58,590 bases of DNA from an uncultured Candidatus Saccharibacteria bacterium (GTDB lineage Bacteria > Patescibacteriota > Minisyncoccia > Phycocordibacterales > PALSA-1337): assembly GCA_964629235.1 (NCBI GenBank), contig CAZVQB010000003.1, positions 1 to 58,590 on the forward strand, read 5' to 3'. A program made the position numbers and the translations under genes. A model generated the notes under the pieces. The model ran no database searches, had not been told where the DNA came from, and saw only the letters and a program-made list of their open reading frames with translations. Position 1 is the stretch's first letter. The number at the start of each line of letters is the position of its first letter. Shown in pieces: positions 36,483 to 44,755 of the stretch.

Positions 36483-38270
36483 ATGGAAGATACAATACAA
36501 AAAATAAATAAAGAAAATCTATATACGGGTTTTAAGGTTTTATTAAGATACCTGGGACAATATAAGAAAAATATTTTTATACTCAGTATAATGGGTATTT
36601 TATCTGCGATAGGTAATGGTGTTATACCTTATGTTGCTGGTAAATTCTTCGATGCTATTATCGATCCATCTTTTATATTAGTATTTGGTTATACGGTATC
36701 ACTATACCTTTTTCTTTTAATTGTCTGGTCTTTAGTCCAACTAGTTACTTACACTCTCGATTGGAAAATAAATATAACTAGTGAATACCTTTCTAATACT
36801 ATCTGGCTCGACTATCTTTCAAATGGTTTCGGTTTTTTACTTAATCTTCCAATGTCTTTTCATAAAAAGAATAAAATTGGGGAAATCGGGAATAAAATAA
36901 ATACTGCCGCTGGTGCGCTCGAGACGATAGCGGGAAGAATTGTTATAGATCTCGCTCCACAAATATTAAGTATTGTTATTGCTCTCGGTATTGCAATTTA
37001 TCTTAAACCTATACTAGCTATTGTACTTATTGCAGGTCTTGTAACTTATGTATTTGTACTTATATCAAAAGTAAAACCTCTAGCTGGTATCCAAAAAGAC
37101 TATTGGGAACAAATATCATTTCTTTGGGGTGATGCTTTTGATGTTATTGGTAATACACTTGCAATAAAGCAGGCGACTGCGGAGAGATATGAACAAAAAA
37201 GAATTCAAGATAAATCAAAACTTGCTGTTCCGCTTTGGATGAAAATGACAAAGGTTTGGGGAACACTAAATCTATATCAGCGTTTTACAATACTTATTAC
37301 ACAAATAATAATATTCGTACTTTCTATTGTTTATATTCAAAAAGGAATAATGACAATCGGTGAACTGCTCGCTTTCAATGCTTACGCTTCAATGGTCTTC
37401 GGTCCCTTTATAACCATCGCCCGCAATTGGCAAACAATTCAAAATGGAATAATAAATATTCAAGAAACAGAAAAAATATTGGACACAGAACAAGAACACT
37501 ATGAACCAAAAGATCCAGTTGATGTTGATTTGAAGGGTGGTGTTGAATTTAAAAATGTAAGTTTTCATTATGATAAAGAAAAACCAGTACTAAAAGATAT
37601 TTCATTTAAAGTAAACGCTGGGGAAGTTGTTGCACTCGTTGGTGAATCGGGAGTAGGTAAGAGTACATTGATCGATCTTATCTCTGCATATCACTTCGCA
37701 AATGAAGGAGAAGTTCTTATTGATGGTCAAGACATAAAAAGAGTTAATTTATTTAAATTGAGATCTGGTATAGCTGTAGTTCCACAAGAAGTCGTATTGT
37801 TCAATGATACAATAAAGACAAATATTAAGTATGGTAACTTTGAAGCTAGTGAAGAAGAGATAATATCTGCCGCAAAGAAAGCACATGCAATAGACTTCAT
37901 AGAAAAGTTCCCGGAAAAATGGAATCAGACAGTTGGTGAGAGAGGAGTGAAGCTTTCTGTTGGTCAGAAACAAAGAGTTGCTATCGCTCGAGCAATTTTG
38001 CGTAATCCAAAGATTTTGATTCTAGATGAACCTACATCAGCTCTAGATGCAGGATCAGAAAAGATAATTACAAATTCTCTAGAAGAGTTAATGGCAGGCA
38101 AAACTACTTTTATTATTGCTCATAGACTAAGTACAGTGAGAAAAGCAGATAAGATCATGGTGTTTAAGGATGGGAAGATAATAGAATCAGGAAAACATGC
38201 AGAACTACTCAAAATAGAAGGTGGGGAATATAAAAGATTACATGATCTACAAATAGGACTTACAGAATAG
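36483..38270 (+). CDS. ABC exporter, fused permease/ATPase (MsbA/type I exporter-like)
   Basis: 6-TM N-terminal half; Walker A GESGVGKST, signature LSVGQKQR, Walker B ILILDEPTS. Confidence 0.9.
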   Translation: MEDTIQKINKENLYTGFKVLLRYLGQYKKNIFILSIMGILSAIGNGVIPYVAGKFFDAIIDPSFILVFGYTVSLYLFLLIVWSLVQLVTYTLDWKINITSEYLSNTIWLDYLSNGFGFLLNLPMSFHKKNKIGEIGNKINTAAGALETIAGRIVIDLAPQILSIVIALGIAIYLKPILAIVLIAGLVTYVFVLISKVKPLAGIQKDYWEQISFLWGDAFDVIGNTLAIKQATAERYEQKRIQDKSKLAVPLWMKMTKVWGTLNLYQRFTILITQIIIFVLSIVYIQKGIMTIGELLAFNAYASMVFGPFITIARNWQTIQNGIINIQETEKILDTEQEHYEPKDPVDVDLKGGVEFKNVSFHYDKEKPVLKDISFKVNAGEVVALVGESGVGKSTLIDLISAYHFANEGEVLIDGQDIKRVNLFKLRSGIAVVPQEVVLFNDTIKTNIKYGNFEASEEEIISAAKKAHAIDFIEKFPEKWNQTVGERGVKLSVGQKQRVAIARAILRNPKILILDEPTSALDAGSEKIITNSLEELMAGKTTFIIAHRLSTVRKADKIMVFKDGKIIESGKHAELLKIEGGEYKRLHDLQIGLTE

Positions 38271-38321
38271 GGCTTTGTTAAGCGATTTTTCTATATTGAA
38301 AGTGAAAAATATGGAAAATAC

Positions 38322-38351
38322 TTGACAAGTTGTGGTGTAGTATGGTAAGTT
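38322..38351 (+). promoter_or_regulatory. sigma70-type promoter TTGACA-18-TGgTAAGTT
   Basis: cTTGACAagttgtggtgtagtaTGgTAAGTT read directly, in a non-coding gap. Confidence 0.55.
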
Positions 38352-38357
38352 ATTACC

Positions 38358-38856
38358 GAATAGCTTTTTGATTTCCTGTGCATCTATCTGCTGGGTGTAT
38401 GGGTTGTGACGAAGGTCACATAGTAAGCAGGCGGAATAGGTGGTATCCCGTGATGCTACCCGTGTGTTTCGCGACACGATATATGCTAGGTCACAGAGAC
38501 AAAGTATTAAAATTCCGAATGACAGTGACCAAAGACATCGAATTGTCTTTGTGTAAAGAGTCGGTTATGATACGGCGAAATAAAAAGCAATGGTTTGAGT
38601 GGAACTATATTTTAGGGTTACTGACGTTTCCTTAAAAATAGCTAATTATTGCTCTCTATCGATACTCTATAGTATTTATCGCGCGATGAATGCTGTGGTT
38701 TGACATCGAGGGGCTGAAGCATTGAGATATGTTTCAAGTGTTAAAAGCAAATTATGCAGACTGTCTGCAAGTGCTTTAACACAATTTCCACACTAGGCGT
38801 ATCCAGTTCAATGACTTCTCTCGGAGTCAAAGAAACTGGGTACGCCTTTTCTTTTT
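38358..38856 (+). ncRNA. candidate structured RNA of unknown class, about 500 nt
   Basis: Non-coding gap of about 620 nt with locally raised GC, an upstream promoter and at least 8 hairpins. Examples: TGTGAC-GAAG-GTCACA (38405-38420); GGTGGTATC-ccgt-GATGCTACC (38439-38460); CGTGT..ACACG (38461-38478). Also GGTCAC..GTGACC (38489-38530); TGAAGCAT..ATGTTTCA (38714-38735); a long hairpin (38738-38783). It ends in a long hairpin (38796-38846) plus a T-run. Confidence 0.5.
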
Positions 38857-38894
38857 GTATAAACAATATTTATTTTAAATGTTATATTTACCGT

Positions 38895-39575
38895 ATGAAT
38901 CCTTTTCAGTATATACATGCTTTAGAGCATCATGCCTATTTTATTCATTCATTTAAAGACGCTGTTCATCACCTAAAAGAATATTTAAAGGATAAATTTG
39001 GTATCGACCATTCGAAGAATCCTGATTTTTTCCATGAGAAATACGAAACAATGGGTATAGATGATGGAAGAAAAATAAAAGAAAATCATATATCAAAAAG
39101 TTTTATACAAGGGAATAAAAGAATTTTTATAATTGAAACATCAAATATTACCCATGAAGCCCAAAACTCACTTTTAAAGGTTTTTGAAGAGCCGAATGAA
39201 GATAGCCATTTCTTTTTGATTATGCCTTCACCACATGTTCTGCTACCAACTTTACGTTCAAGATTAAACATAATTAAAACAGATGAAAAGCCTGAGGAAG
39301 GGATAATTGCTTTAGAGCAAGCAATAGAATTTTTAAAATTATCAAAAAAGGAAAAAGTAGATTTTATGGACGAGTTCGCAAAGGATATATCTGATGAAAA
39401 TAAAAATAAAAATGATGCACAAGAGTTTTTAGCAGCTTTGGAATATCAAATCTATAAAACTAAAGGAATAAAAGAAAAAAGGGCTATCAATGCGATACTT
39501 AAGGCTCGTGAATATATAAACGATAGATCACCATCAATAAAACAACTTTTGGAGTTTGTTGCTTTGAGTATATAA
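38895..39575 (+). CDS. holB: DNA polymerase III delta'-like clamp-loader subunit (short, no P-loop)
   Basis: Start moved to MNPFQYIH (ATG 38895). IFIIETSNITHEAQNSLLKVFEEPNEDSHFFLIM...LPTLRSRLNII matches the clamp-loader box VII/SRC region. Confidence 0.7.
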   Translation: MNPFQYIHALEHHAYFIHSFKDAVHHLKEYLKDKFGIDHSKNPDFFHEKYETMGIDDGRKIKENHISKSFIQGNKRIFIIETSNITHEAQNSLLKVFEEPNEDSHFFLIMPSPHVLLPTLRSRLNIIKTDEKPEEGIIALEQAIEFLKLSKKEKVDFMDEFAKDISDENKNKNDAQEFLAALEYQIYKTKGIKEKRAINAILKAREYINDRSPSIKQLLEFVALSI

Positions 39576-39590
39576 CAGTGTATAACTCAC

Positions 39591-39618
39591 TTTACATCAG
39601 AAAAGCTGGTGATATTAT
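39591..39618 (+). promoter_or_regulatory. sigma70-type promoter TTTACA-16-TGaTATTAT
   Basis: Read directly just after the holB stop. Confidence 0.5.
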
Positions 39619-39624
39619 ATATAT

Positions 39625-39786
39625 GGATATGTTCATCGCGTTTGAATAATCCTTGTCGGAATGTTGATGTTGCGCGAATGGAATGCGATGGTAAAGGAGG
39701 TTGTTCTGAGATTGTAGTGTTGTTGGGTTTGGTTCAGTTAATGAGTAAACAAACCGGGGTGTAACGCGCACCCCGGCCTTTTTTAT
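39625..39786 (+). ncRNA. candidate small RNA of about 160 nt, unknown class
   Basis: Promoter-to-terminator unit with no credible ORF and raised GC. Internal helix CATCGC..GCGATG. Strong terminator CCGGGGTG taacgcg CACCCCGG + TTTTTT (39755-39786). Confidence 0.45.
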
Positions 39787-39797
39787 TTATGTTTATA

Positions 39798-39806
39798 TGC
39801 TATAAT
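39798..39806 (+). promoter_or_regulatory. extended -10 TGcTATAAT, exactly 6 nt before the frr ATG at 39813
   Basis: tgctataat-attttt-atg read directly. Confidence 0.55.
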
Positions 39807-39812
39807 ATTTTT

Positions 39813-40364
39813 ATGGCTTACGATTTTACTAAATTTAAAAAAGCATTAACAGGTACGGAGGATTGGGTAAAAAAAGAATTTTCTGGTATAAGGACTGGTC
39901 AAGCAAATCCTGCATTACTAGATAGTGTTAAAGTAGATTCATACGGAACATTGTCTCCCATAAGTCAGGTAGCTTCTATGACTACTGAGGGTAGTCGATC
40001 TATTCGTATAGTACCTTGGGATACTACACATTCAAAAGAGATTGAAAAGGCTATTACTCTAGCTAATCTGGGTGTGTCTGTTACTATTGATGATAAAGGA
40101 CTTAGAGTAAATTTCCCTGAACTAACTTCTGAGAGTCGATTGGGTATATTGAAGATTGCGAAAGAAAGATTAGAAGAGGGAAGGAAACAAATCCGTCTAC
40201 ATAGAGATGATGTAATGAAAGATTTGAAAGTAAAAGAAAAAGCTGGAGGAATAGGTGAAGATGAAGTATTTCGACATGAAAAAGAAATACAAAAGTTTGT
40301 TGATGAAGCAAATAAAAAGCTAGACGAACTGTACGCGAAGAAAGAAAAAGAAATTACAACATAA
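39813..40364 (+). CDS. frr: ribosome recycling factor
   Basis: Start at MAYDFTKF. FSGIRTGQANPALLDSVKVDSYG and the C-terminal charged coiled region are typical RRF. Confidence 0.92.
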   Translation: MAYDFTKFKKALTGTEDWVKKEFSGIRTGQANPALLDSVKVDSYGTLSPISQVASMTTEGSRSIRIVPWDTTHSKEIEKAITLANLGVSVTIDDKGLRVNFPELTSESRLGILKIAKERLEEGRKQIRLHRDDVMKDLKVKEKAGGIGEDEVFRHEKEIQKFVDEANKKLDELYAKKEKEITT

Positions 40365-40368
40365 AAAC

Positions 40369-41442
40369 GTGACTGTTATAATATTTTTAATAGTTTTAGG
40401 GGTATTGATTTTCGTCCATGAACTCGGACATTTTCTTGTTGCACGTGCATGTGGTATAAGAGTTGATGCTTTTGCTTTAGGGTTTGGTCCAAAAATACTT
40501 AGTAAAACATTTGGAGAGACAACATATTCATTAAATATTATTCCTTTCGGTGGATATGTAAGAATTTTTGGAGAAAATCCTGACTATGAATCGATAAATG
40601 GTGAAGATAAAGAAAGAAGCTTCGTCCATAAAAATAAATTCCAACAAATTCTTGTTCTTTTTGCTGGAATTGCTTTTAATTTTATTTTTGCATTTTTGCT
40701 TACTATATATGCATTTTCAAGTGGAGTACTGGCTTCTACTAGTAGTTATCCTGAATATCATTCAAATATTGTCGATGAACATATTGCAGTTACTTTTGTG
40801 AATAAGGGCTCACCAGCTGAAAAGGCAGGATTAAAGGCGGGAGATAAACTTATTGCAAAGTCTGTTGAAGATCTACAGATGAAAATAAATGAGAGCGAAA
40901 CAAACGGTATTGATATAAAATATATTCGAAACGGACAACAGTCAAATACAAATGTTATTGCACAGCAAGGAATCGTCGAAGGTAAATACGCTATTGGTAT
41001 AGCAATGGACAATGTTGGTACTTTGAAGCTACCCTTCTCAAAGGCAGTTGTTGAAGCATTGAGATTTACTTTACATATGATAGCTGTAACTTTCCAAGGA
41101 ATATATGATTTGATCATTGGTATTTTTAATGGAACATCACATATATCCTCAGTTACTGGCCCAGTAGGTATAGCAGGACTTGTTGGGGATGCTGCAAAGA
41201 TTGGTTTTACGTATCTAATAATGTTTACAGCTATGATATCTATCAATCTAGGTGTTTTGAATCTTGTACCATTCCCAGCTCTAGATGGAGGTAGAATACT
41301 TTTTGTCTTTATCGAGGCAATAATAAGAAGACCAATAAAGCCCGCAATCGCAAATACAGTAAATGTAGCTGGTTTCGGAATACTTATAGTACTAATGCTC
41401 TTTATAACTTATAGAGATATTGTTCAATTGTTTGTTAAATAA
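40369..41442 (+). CDS. rseP: RIP metalloprotease RseP (M50 site-2 protease with PDZ)
   Basis: HELGHF zinc motif, PDZ-like GSPAEKAGLKAGDKL, NLVPFPALDGG; GTG start. Confidence 0.9.
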   Translation: MTVIIFLIVLGVLIFVHELGHFLVARACGIRVDAFALGFGPKILSKTFGETTYSLNIIPFGGYVRIFGENPDYESINGEDKERSFVHKNKFQQILVLFAGIAFNFIFAFLLTIYAFSSGVLASTSSYPEYHSNIVDEHIAVTFVNKGSPAEKAGLKAGDKLIAKSVEDLQMKINESETNGIDIKYIRNGQQSNTNVIAQQGIVEGKYAIGIAMDNVGTLKLPFSKAVVEALRFTLHMIAVTFQGIYDLIIGIFNGTSHISSVTGPVGIAGLVGDAAKIGFTYLIMFTAMISINLGVLNLVPFPALDGGRILFVFIEAIIRRPIKPAIANTVNVAGFGILIVLMLFITYRDIVQLFVK

Positions 41443-41466
41443 TTATTTTTGAGATATGATAGCGAT

Positions 41467-42702
41467 ATGAAACAATCGCTACTTTTTACTAAAACAAGAA
41501 AAGATGCACCAAAAGATGAGGTATCAAAGAACGCTCAATTACTAATTCGTGCTGGATTTATTCACAAAGAAATGGCGGGGGTTTACTCCTACACTCCGTT
41601 AGGACTTTTAGTTATAAATAAAATAATAAATATTATTCGCGAAGAGATGAATGGTATTGGTAGTCAAGAATTGTTATTAACTACTCTTCAAGATAAAAGT
41701 ATTTGGGAGAAGACAGGAAGATGGTCAGATGAATCTATTGATGTTTGGTTTAAAACAAAATTAAAGAATGATACAGAATTAGGACTTGGTACGACTCATG
41801 AAGAACAAATAACTCATTTGATGAAAGATTATATTCGTTCATACCGTGATCTACCTGTAAAAGCGTATCAATTTCAAACTAAATTTAGAAATGAAACTAG
41901 AGCAAAATCTGGAATAATGCGATGTAGAGAGTTTATAATGAAAGATCTTTATTCTTTTTCAAAAGATGAACAAGAACACAATACTCTCTATGATGAAGTA
42001 AGTAACGCATATGAAAAAATATTTAAAAAGGTAGGAATCGGAGATATAACGTACAAGACTTTTGCTTCTGGAGGATCTTTTTCAAAATATTCACATGAAT
42101 TCCAAACATTAAGTGAGGCTGGTGAGGATACTATTTACATTGATGAAAAAAAGAAATTGGCTGTAAATAAAGAAATTCTTAATGATGAAGAATTAAAAAA
42201 GCTAAGTTTAAATAAGGCTGACTTGAAAGAGATAAAAGCGGTTGAAGTTGGTAATATTTTTTCTTTAGGAACTCGTTTCTCTGATGCTCTAGAATTATTT
42301 TATCTAGATGAAAAAGGGGAAAAGAGACCAGTTGTTATGGGCTGCTATGGCATCGGTCCAGGAAGGCTTATGGGTGTAATCGCTGAAGTTTTGTCAGATG
42401 AAAAAGGTCTAGTTTGGCCAAAAGAAATATCACCTTTTGATATACACCTCATTTCAATTGAAGATAAAGAAGGAAAAGTAAAAGCTGAAGCTCAAAAGCT
42501 TTACGATAGATTGATAAAGAGTGGTAAGACTGTACTTTTTGATGATAGAGATATGAGGCCAGGTGAGAAATTCGCTGATAGTGATCTTATCGGTATACCA
42601 ACAAGATATGTGATAAGTGAAAAAACGATAAAAGAAGATAGTGTTGAAGTAAAAGACAGAAAAACAGGTAATACGGAAATGATTAAAAATGAAAGAATTT
42701 AA
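41467..42702 (+). CDS. proS: prolyl-tRNA synthetase, bacterial type lacking the INS editing domain
   Basis: Start at MKQSLLFTKT. Class II motif 2 FRNETRAKSGIMRCREFIMKD, motif 3 region GCYGIGPGRL; only 411 aa. Confidence 0.85.
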   Translation: MKQSLLFTKTRKDAPKDEVSKNAQLLIRAGFIHKEMAGVYSYTPLGLLVINKIINIIREEMNGIGSQELLLTTLQDKSIWEKTGRWSDESIDVWFKTKLKNDTELGLGTTHEEQITHLMKDYIRSYRDLPVKAYQFQTKFRNETRAKSGIMRCREFIMKDLYSFSKDEQEHNTLYDEVSNAYEKIFKKVGIGDITYKTFASGGSFSKYSHEFQTLSEAGEDTIYIDEKKKLAVNKEILNDEELKKLSLNKADLKEIKAVEVGNIFSLGTRFSDALELFYLDEKGEKRPVVMGCYGIGPGRLMGVIAEVLSDEKGLVWPKEISPFDIHLISIEDKEGKVKAEAQKLYDRLIKSGKTVLFDDRDMRPGEKFADSDLIGIPTRYVISEKTIKEDSVEVKDRKTGNTEMIKNERI

Positions 42703-43747
42703 AGAGAAAATATTCAAATATTTATCCAATGATATAGGGATTGATCTAGGTACTGCGAATACCCTAGTCTATCTCAAAGGTCATGGAATAGTTGTAACAG
42801 AACCATCAGTCGTTGCTGTAAATCAAAAGACAGGGAGAGTCGTTGCTGTTGGAACGGTTGCAAAAGATATGCTTGGTAGGACACCACCACATATTATCGC
42901 TGTAAGACCACTTGTAGATGGAGTTATTTCTGATTTTGAAGTTACAGAAGAGATGATTGCCTATCTAATAAAAAAAGCAGAGCAATACTCAAGAAAGGTT
43001 CTTGGACCAAGAGTTGTGGTAGGTGTTCCTTCTGGTGTTACAAATGTAGAGATTCGAGCAGTTCGAGATGCGGCTAGAAATGCTGGTGCAAGAGAAGTAT
43101 ATATAATAGAAGAACCAATGGCCGGAGCTATAGGCATTAGATTGCCAATACATGAACCAGTCGGAAGTATGATAATTGATATTGGTGGTGGAACAACAGA
43201 TATTGCAGTCATATCGCTCGGAGGAATAGTGCGTTCAAGGAATCTAAAGGTTGCAGGTGATAAACTTAACAATGATATTATTTCATATATTAGAAATGAA
43301 TTTAAAATCTTGATTGGGGAGAAGACAGCAGAAAAAGTTAAAATGTCAGTAGGTTCAGTAATATCTAAAGAATCATTAGAAACTACAATAAGAGGTAGAG
43401 ATCTCATAACAGGATTACCTAGAGAAGTAGTCATAACAGATTCAGATATTAGAGAAGCCACGTCATCATCAATAGATACATTGATTGAATCTGCAAAAGA
43501 AGTTCTAGAAACAACTCCACCAGAAATACTTTCAGATGTTATGAATAGAGGAATACATTTGGTAGGTGGTGGTGCACTAATAAAAGGTTTAGATGAGCTT
43601 CTATCAACAACACTAAAATTACCAGTTTATGTAGCAGACGACCCCTTAACTGCTATTGCCCGTGGCACAGGAATAGTACTAGAGGATTTGGATAAATATA
43701 AAGATGTACTAATACAAAACGAAGATGAGCTACGAACACAAAAGTAA
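42689..43747 (+). CDS. mreB: actin-like rod-shape protein MreB, paralog 2
   Basis: GIDLGTANTLVY, DIGGGTTDIAVISLGG; followed by mreC and mreD. Confidence 0.92.
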   Translation: MKEFKEKIFKYLSNDIGIDLGTANTLVYLKGHGIVVTEPSVVAVNQKTGRVVAVGTVAKDMLGRTPPHIIAVRPLVDGVISDFEVTEEMIAYLIKKAEQYSRKVLGPRVVVGVPSGVTNVEIRAVRDAARNAGAREVYIIEEPMAGAIGIRLPIHEPVGSMIIDIGGGTTDIAVISLGGIVRSRNLKVAGDKLNNDIISYIRNEFKILIGEKTAEKVKMSVGSVISKESLETTIRGRDLITGLPREVVITDSDIREATSSSIDTLIESAKEVLETTPPEILSDVMNRGIHLVGGGALIKGLDELLSTTLKLPVYVADDPLTAIARGTGIVLEDLDKYKDVLIQNEDELRTQK

Positions 43748-44459
43748 TGTTAATGTAAGAAATTTTTCTATACCAACAAAGTTCTTAGTCTTTGTAATCA
43801 TTTTCTTGCTACTATTATGTATGTTTTTTCCTAGATTTGTATCAGGATTATTTATAAAGATCGCTGGGCCATTTTGGAATATTGAAAAGGATATAAAGAC
43901 AGAAAAGATTAGAGTTTCAATAGATTTGCAAAATACTACAATATTGGAATTGGAAAAAGAAAATTCAGATTTGAAAGAAATCATGGCAAGAAATTCTAGT
44001 TCGAGCCCCATGCTTCTTTCTTATATAGTCAAAAAGCCACCATTCACAGCATATGATAGTTATGTAATAGATATTGGTAAAAATAGTGGTGTAAAGAATG
44101 GTGATAAAGTGTATGCAAACGGGAATCTTCTTTTAGGAGAAATAGTTGAAATTAATGGTAATTTTGCAAAGGTTAAACTTTATTCATCTTATGGAGAAAA
44201 ATTCGATGTTCTCATTGGTAAAAATAATATTGAAGCAACAGCTACAGGAAAGGGAGGAGGAGCTTTTGAAGTTGTTTTACCAAAAGATTCTAAAGTTCAA
44301 CTTAATGACAGTGTCTCAGTTCCTGATCTAAATGTTTCTGTATTTGGAATTGTAAAAAATATTAGTAGAGATCCAGCTAGAGCATTCTCAACTGTACTTT
44401 TCTCTCAACCAATCAATATTTATGAACAAAAGTGGGTTCAAGTTAAATTGGATAAATAA
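43725..44459 (+). CDS. mreC: rod shape-determining protein MreC
   Basis: N-terminal TM, coiled coil (LELEKENSDLKEIM), beta-rich C-terminal domains; position after mreB. Confidence 0.75.
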   Translation: MSYEHKSNVNVRNFSIPTKFLVFVIIFLLLLCMFFPRFVSGLFIKIAGPFWNIEKDIKTEKIRVSIDLQNTTILELEKENSDLKEIMARNSSSSPMLLSYIVKKPPFTAYDSYVIDIGKNSGVKNGDKVYANGNLLLGEIVEINGNFAKVKLYSSYGEKFDVLIGKNNIEATATGKGGGAFEVVLPKDSKVQLNDSVSVPDLNVSVFGIVKNISRDPARAFSTVLFSQPINIYEQKWVQVKLDK

Positions 44460-44755
44460 TGTATAAGAATTCAAATAGAGAAATGGTCATACGTTTTATT
44501 GCAGGATTAATAGTTTTTTTCTGTATTATTTACGGTTATTGGTGGCTTACTTGGAGTCTTTTAATTCTTTTCTTATTTTATTTTCCAAATTATTTTGAAA
44601 TAATATTTTTTGGAATAATGTATGATCAATTATATGGACTCTCTATACAAGAATTTTGGAATATAAAATTTATTTTTACAATTTCTAGTATAATACTGTT
44701 TACTATTTCAACTTTTTTAAGAAAAATATTAATAGTATATGATGATAAACTTTAA
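44459..44755 (+). CDS. mreD: MreD-like small polytopic membrane protein
   Basis: 98 aa, 3 TM, located between mreC and PBP2. Assignment is by position only. Confidence 0.5.
   Translation: MYKNSNREMVIRFIAGLIVFFCIIYGYWWLTWSLLILFLFYFPNYFEIIFFGIMYDQLYGLSIQEFWNIKFIFTISSIILFTISTFLRKILIVYDDKL

Noticed and set aside
38247-38635. ORFs 38378..38635 (+, 85 aa, GTG start) and 38247..38477 (-, 76 aa) in the ABC-holB gap.
   Set aside because: The sequences are Cys/Arg-rich and not protein-like, with no start context. The region is better explained by a promoter, many stable hairpins and a terminator, i.e. an RNA candidate.
38710-38856. tmRNA hypothesis, triggered by GGGGCTGAAGC, which resembles the GGGGCUGA 5' end of ssrA.
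   Set aside because: There is no complementary 3' acceptor strand, no T-arm (GGTTCGA-type loop) or CCA end, and no convincing alanine-resume tag ORF ending in a typical degradation tag.
38358-38856. RNase P RNA, T-box and common riboswitch classes for the structured region.
   Set aside because: The universal P4 strands (GGAAAGTCC and ACAGAA..GGCTTA) were not found. The T-box-like GGTGGTATCCCGTG lies near the 5' end, not before the terminator, and the downstream gene is not amino-acid related. No TPP, cobalamin or SAM signature strings were seen. Only a covariance-model search can settle this.
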